Assembly (NCBI GenBank): GCA_965231015.1
Contig: OZ246408.1
Coordinates: 211,755 to 275,754, forward strand
DNA from: an uncultured Gammaproteobacteria bacterium
GTDB lineage: Bacteria > Patescibacteriota > Patescibacteriia > UBA9934 > CAZDDW01
DNA length: 64,000 nt
Direction: 5' to 3'
Part shown: one piece after another, positions 60,215 through 64,000 of the stretch
Position numbering within the stretch: position 1 is the stretch's first letter
Layout: every line of letters begins with the position of its first letter
Translations under genes and position numbers: made by a program
Notes under the pieces: generated by a model
The model's database searches: none
Told to the model about the DNA's origin: nothing
The model's input: only the letters and a program-made list of their open reading frames with translations

Positions 60215-62605
60215 ATGAATATTCTAGCTTCTTACAATTGGATCAAAGAGTACCTGGACACCAAAGATAGTGCCGAGGAGTTTGCTAAAAAGATCACGCT
60301 CTCCGGATGCGGAGTGGAAAACATGATCAATGAGGTAGAGCGGTATGAAGGTGTGATGATCGGGCAGGTGACAGAATTAAAGGAACACCCGAATGCAGAT
60401 AAGCTTAAAATTGCGGTCACGGATATAGGAAAGAAAGTTGATATTGTTTGTGGAGGGGTCAATTTACAGGAAGGAATGAAAGTGGTGGTTGCTAAGCCGG
60501 GGTCTAGTGTGCGCTGGCACGGAGAAGAGGAGTGGACTCGTCTTGAAGAAGTTGAAGTGCGTGGAGTAAAAAGCCACGGCATGATTTGTGCTCCTGAAGA
60601 GCTCGGGCTTGATAAACTTCAGGTTGGACCAAAAGATATTTGGGACGTGACACAATTAACCGACGCTAAACCCGGGACGTCTTTTTCTGAGGCCATGGGT
60701 TTCAATGATATTGTCTATGATGTTGAGGTGACCACTAACCGACCGGACGCTATGTGTATTATCGGTTTAGCGCGTGAGGGGCACGTGGTGACGGGTGATG
60801 ATTTTGAAATCAAGACTGCGGCCGGAACAGAAAAAACAGCCAAAGCAAAAGAGTTATCAGTCGAGGTCGCTAACCAGGAATTGTGTCCGAGGTACCAGGT
60901 AGTGGTTATTAACGGTGTTAAGGTTGGGCCTTCTCCTTGGTGGTTGCAAAAGCGATTACTGGCCGCGGGACACAAACCTATAAATAATATTGTTGATATT
61001 ACAAATTATGTTTTGCATGAGTACGCTCAACCCATGCACGCTTTTGATTACGAAAAATTAGAAGGAAACAAAATTGTGGTTCGTCCGGCGAAAAAAGGAG
61101 AAAGGATAACCGTTCTTGATGAAACCGAGCATGAGCTTGATAAAAATAATTTGGTTATAGCTGACCAAAAGCAGCCTGTGGCAATTGCCGGTGTGATGGG
61201 TGGTTTGGATACAGGAGTAACAGAAAAAACAACAGCAATTGTTTTTGAGGCCGCAAATTTTGATCCGGTTTCTGTACGAAAGACTTCACGAGCTTTAAAT
61301 CTGCAATCTGATTCACAGCAGTTGTTTGAAAAAGGTCTTTCGACCGAGGCAACCAGTGCGGCTATGAGTCGGGCGGTTGAACTCACTCTTGAATTAGCCG
61401 GTGGTCAAGTCGCGTCAAAGAATTTTGATATTCGAGCCAAGAAATATGAACCGCTTAAGTTTAAGTTCGATCCGGTTCAAGCGGTTAAGCTGATTGGAGT
61501 AGATTTAAAAGAAACAGACATGGTTCATATTTTGGAACGGCTTGGTTTTGATTTAACTAAGAAGGAAGACGTTTATGAAGTGGTGGTACCGTATTGGCGC
61601 GACCATGATATTGAAGCGGACGTTGATTTGATCGAGGAAGTGGCTCGGGTGCACGGTTATGATAATTTGCCAAGTGAAATTCCATCAGGCAAAATTCCGT
61701 TCCGCAGAATGTCTCCAGAGCTTGTTTGGGAGCGCAAAATAAAGGACATATTGTGTTCTGCGGGAGCCACTGAGGCGTTTAGCATGTCCATTATCAGCGA
61801 AGATGATCTGGTGGCTTATGGTATCGAACCAAAAGAAGCTGTGGCGATTACCAATGAGTTGAGTTTAGATCAAAAATATATGCGGCCAAGTCTGATGCCA
61901 GGCTTGTTGCGTTCCATTAAAGCAAACGAGACAGAAGATCCTGAAGCAGTTTGGTTTGAACTTTCCCGCGTGTTCGTTCCCAAGTCAAAGGATTTGCCTG
62001 AAGAGCCACGTAAGTTGCTTTTAGGAGTTTGTTCATCGGATGGTGCCAAGGCTTTCTTTGAAGCAAAAGGTATTTGGACTCGTTTAGCAGATGAAACCGG
62101 AATCAAGAATTGGACTTTGGAGCGTGGAGTCAAAGATAAGCGCTGGCATCAAGGTCGTTCGGCTAAAATTTTGATTGACGGCAAGGAAATAGGAGTGATA
62201 GGTGAGGTGGCTCGGGAGGTTGCGGTGCGATTTGGAATTGATTCTCGGGTAAGTTTGGTTGACGTTGACTTTACAAGTCTTCTGCCACACTTGAGTAATA
62301 CCAAATCATACACCCCACCACCGGAGTTTCCGGCTGTGAAGCGTGATTTAGCTTTTGTGCTTGATCGAAAAATAGAATATGGACAGGTAAAAGCGGCTAT
62401 CGGATCAGTCAGCGAGCTCGTTTCATCAGTGGAGGTTTTCGATGTTTATACCGGTGAGGGTGTGGAGGCAGATAAAAAGAGCCTGGCGGTGCACATGGAA
62501 TTTATTTCACCGGAAAAAACTTTAACTGGTGAAGAGGTTGAGATTGAGGTAAAAAAGGTAATCGGCGTGCTTGAAAAGGAATTCTCTGCTACAATAAGAG
62601 GGTAA
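60215..62605 (+). CDS. pheT: phenylalanine--tRNA ligase beta subunit
   Basis: HPNADKL, TNRPD, DLIEEVARVHGYD, FPAVKRDLAF. Confidence 0.97.
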   Translation: MNILASYNWIKEYLDTKDSAEEFAKKITLSGCGVENMINEVERYEGVMIGQVTELKEHPNADKLKIAVTDIGKKVDIVCGGVNLQEGMKVVVAKPGSSVRWHGEEEWTRLEEVEVRGVKSHGMICAPEELGLDKLQVGPKDIWDVTQLTDAKPGTSFSEAMGFNDIVYDVEVTTNRPDAMCIIGLAREGHVVTGDDFEIKTAAGTEKTAKAKELSVEVANQELCPRYQVVVINGVKVGPSPWWLQKRLLAAGHKPINNIVDITNYVLHEYAQPMHAFDYEKLEGNKIVVRPAKKGERITVLDETEHELDKNNLVIADQKQPVAIAGVMGGLDTGVTEKTTAIVFEAANFDPVSVRKTSRALNLQSDSQQLFEKGLSTEATSAAMSRAVELTLELAGGQVASKNFDIRAKKYEPLKFKFDPVQAVKLIGVDLKETDMVHILERLGFDLTKKEDVYEVVVPYWRDHDIEADVDLIEEVARVHGYDNLPSEIPSGKIPFRRMSPELVWERKIKDILCSAGATEAFSMSIISEDDLVAYGIEPKEAVAITNELSLDQKYMRPSLMPGLLRSIKANETEDPEAVWFELSRVFVPKSKDLPEEPRKLLLGVCSSDGAKAFFEAKGIWTRLADETGIKNWTLERGVKDKRWHQGRSAKILIDGKEIGVIGEVAREVAVRFGIDSRVSLVDVDFTSLLPHLSNTKSYTPPPEFPAVKRDLAFVLDRKIEYGQVKAAIGSVSELVSSVEVFDVYTGEGVEADKKSLAVHMEFISPEKTLTGEEVEIEVKKVIGVLEKEFSATIRG

Positions 62606-62618
62606 ATAAAACAATTCT

Positions 62619-62912
62619 ATGATTGAAGCAAAAGATATTTTATACATTGTGTTGGCTTTTTCAGTTCTTTGGTTTACCGCCTTTGTATGCTGGCTTATTT
62701 GGCAGGTAGCCATGATTTTAAAAAATGTGAACGACACTCTGTCTGAAGCTCGGGAAAAGATGGCCAAGATTGATGCCACCCTTGCGGCCATTCGTGATAA
62801 GTTTGAACACGCCAGTACCAGTTTGAGTCTGCTTGTTGAAGGTGGAAAGAGGGTTATTGATTACGTGGTGGAACGGAAAAAGGAAAAGCGGGAACAAAGA
62901 GAAAAAGAATAA
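62619..62912 (+). CDS. small membrane protein (DUF948-like)
   Basis: N-terminal TM plus coiled coil. Confidence 0.7.
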   Translation: MIEAKDILYIVLAFSVLWFTAFVCWLIWQVAMILKNVNDTLSEAREKMAKIDATLAAIRDKFEHASTSLSLLVEGGKRVIDYVVERKKEKREQREKE

Positions 62913-62933
62913 GTAAAACCAGAAAAAGAAACA

Positions 62934-62960
62934 AGAACGGACGTGGGTCCGTTCTTTTGA
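62934..62960. terminator. bidirectional terminator
   Basis: AAGAACGGAC-GTGG-GTCCGTTCTT between convergent genes. Confidence 0.7.
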
Positions 62961-62979
62961 TTCGGTGAAGGATCAGGCA

Positions 62980-63300
62980 CTAGTCATCGCGCTCGATCCC
63001 GAGGAAGTGTTCATCGTGAAGACGGGGGGTTGTTTTTTTCTGGAAGGAGTGAGGTCCTACCCCAACCCAGAAAAATAGCAGGGACATCAGAATCATGATG
63101 CCAATCCCCATGGTGCTCATGTAGATTGGGAAGACTCCGTCAGTGTCCATGACTCGCAGCCACTGCCAGACGGTCAGGCCGTCTTCGAGCGGTTTTTGAA
63201 AGATGAACGAGATGGTGGTGCCAAGAATCATGGCACAGCCAAGCGCCACCAGTCGACCCAACACTTCTTTCAGGGTCGGGAAGTCGTTGTGTTTGGTCAT
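62980..63300 (-). CDS. hypothetical two-TM protein
   Basis: SD AAGGGGG before ATG 63300; GC-rich codons; two TM segments. Confidence 0.6.
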   Translation of the reverse strand: MTKHNDFPTLKEVLGRLVALGCAMILGTTISFIFQKPLEDGLTVWQWLRVMDTDGVFPIYMSTMGIGIMILMSLLFFWVGVGPHSFQKKTTPRLHDEHFLGIERDD

Positions 63301-63425
63301 TTTCCCCCTTCCGCCGCGCCCCATACACGACACCTCAGCTTACACGATATTAGCATTATGTCAAGCTTTGTAAGCTAAAATTCAGACTTTCACGAACTAT
63401 AAAAATCTGCTAAGGTAAGGTTGTT

Positions 63426-64000
63426 ATGGGATCGCTAAACCCGAAGGATTTCGTGCATTTGCACGTGCATAGTCATTATTCTCTCCTCGAAGCATTGCCT
63501 AAAATCGGGGAGATTTTGGATCACGTGAAGGATCAAGGCTCTGATGCTGTATCAATCACTGACAATGGAGCGTTGTATGGAGCGATTGAGTTTTATCAGA
63601 AAGCAGAGAAAGCCGAGATGAAACCGATCATCGGAATGGATGCTTACATGGCACAGTACGGTCGGCACTCCAAGCGTGGTAGGGTCGACGCTAAGCCTTG
63701 GCGACTTGTACTACTGGCCAAAAACAATCAAGGGTACAAGAATATCGTCAAACTTTCGAGTTTAGGTTTTCTCGAGGGTTTTTATTATAAGCCGCGAATT
63801 GATGACGAGCTGCTTGCTGAATATTCGGACGGAATCATTGCTCTTTCAGGAGGAGCCTTTGGCGAGATTCCAAGTTTGGTACGGGAGAACGGTCATGAAA
63901 AGGCCGTAGAAGCCATTAAGCGATATCAGAAAATATTCGGGGAAGATAATTTCTATCTCGAACTTGTCGACCGGCCGGAAATACCAGAACAGGGTTCAAC
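63426..64000 (+). CDS. dnaE: DNA polymerase III alpha subunit (5' partial; runs off the window)
   Basis: FVHLHVHSHYSLL PHP motif, ITDNGALYGAIEFY, GFYYKPRID; missing from the ORF track because no stop codon lies in the window. Confidence 0.95.
   Translation, partial: MGSLNPKDFVHLHVHSHYSLLEALPKIGEILDHVKDQGSDAVSITDNGALYGAIEFYQKAEKAEMKPIIGMDAYMAQYGRHSKRGRVDAKPWRLVLLAKNNQGYKNIVKLSSLGFLEGFYYKPRIDDELLAEYSDGIIALSGGAFGEIPSLVRENGHEKAVEAIKRYQKIFGEDNFYLELVDRPEIPEQGS

Overview
Chromosomal window from a Patescibacteria (CPR/Parcubacteria, probably ABY1/Uhrbacteria-like; inferred from gene families, not from a marker search), using genetic code 11. The backbone is housekeeping: nusA, yidC, groES/groEL with a CIRCE operator, prfB, tsaC, rsmA, recG, radA, clpC, htpX/lemA, PMM/PGM, rseP, pheST, partial dnaE and four tRNAs including a rare tRNA-Arg(GCG). 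It also carries CPR surface machinery: a 3190-aa Cys/Asp-rich giant protein, a VirB6/PrgI/VirB4/VirB8-like T4SS-type cluster followed by comF, a pilin-VanY fusion and DsbA. The most striking pattern is a two-tier gene grammar. The housekeeping genes inspected have AT-rich, Shine-Dalgarno-less starts. About nine scattered genes (pyrF-pyrE, lipoproteins, an M23 peptidase, a metalloprotease, a SemiSWEET and others) instead sit in self-contained cassettes with strong SD sites, mostly near-consensus sigma70 promoters, intrinsic terminators and often GC-rich codon usage. Other items: a PaaX/Cas2-like gene bracketed by two related 26-bp palindromes, a GxxExxY gene inside a perfect 15-bp inverted repeat, a RAYT pseudogene with dispersed GTAG REPs, a MITE-like element and three unannotated highly structured intergenic RNA candidates. 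No CRISPR array or rRNA was seen.
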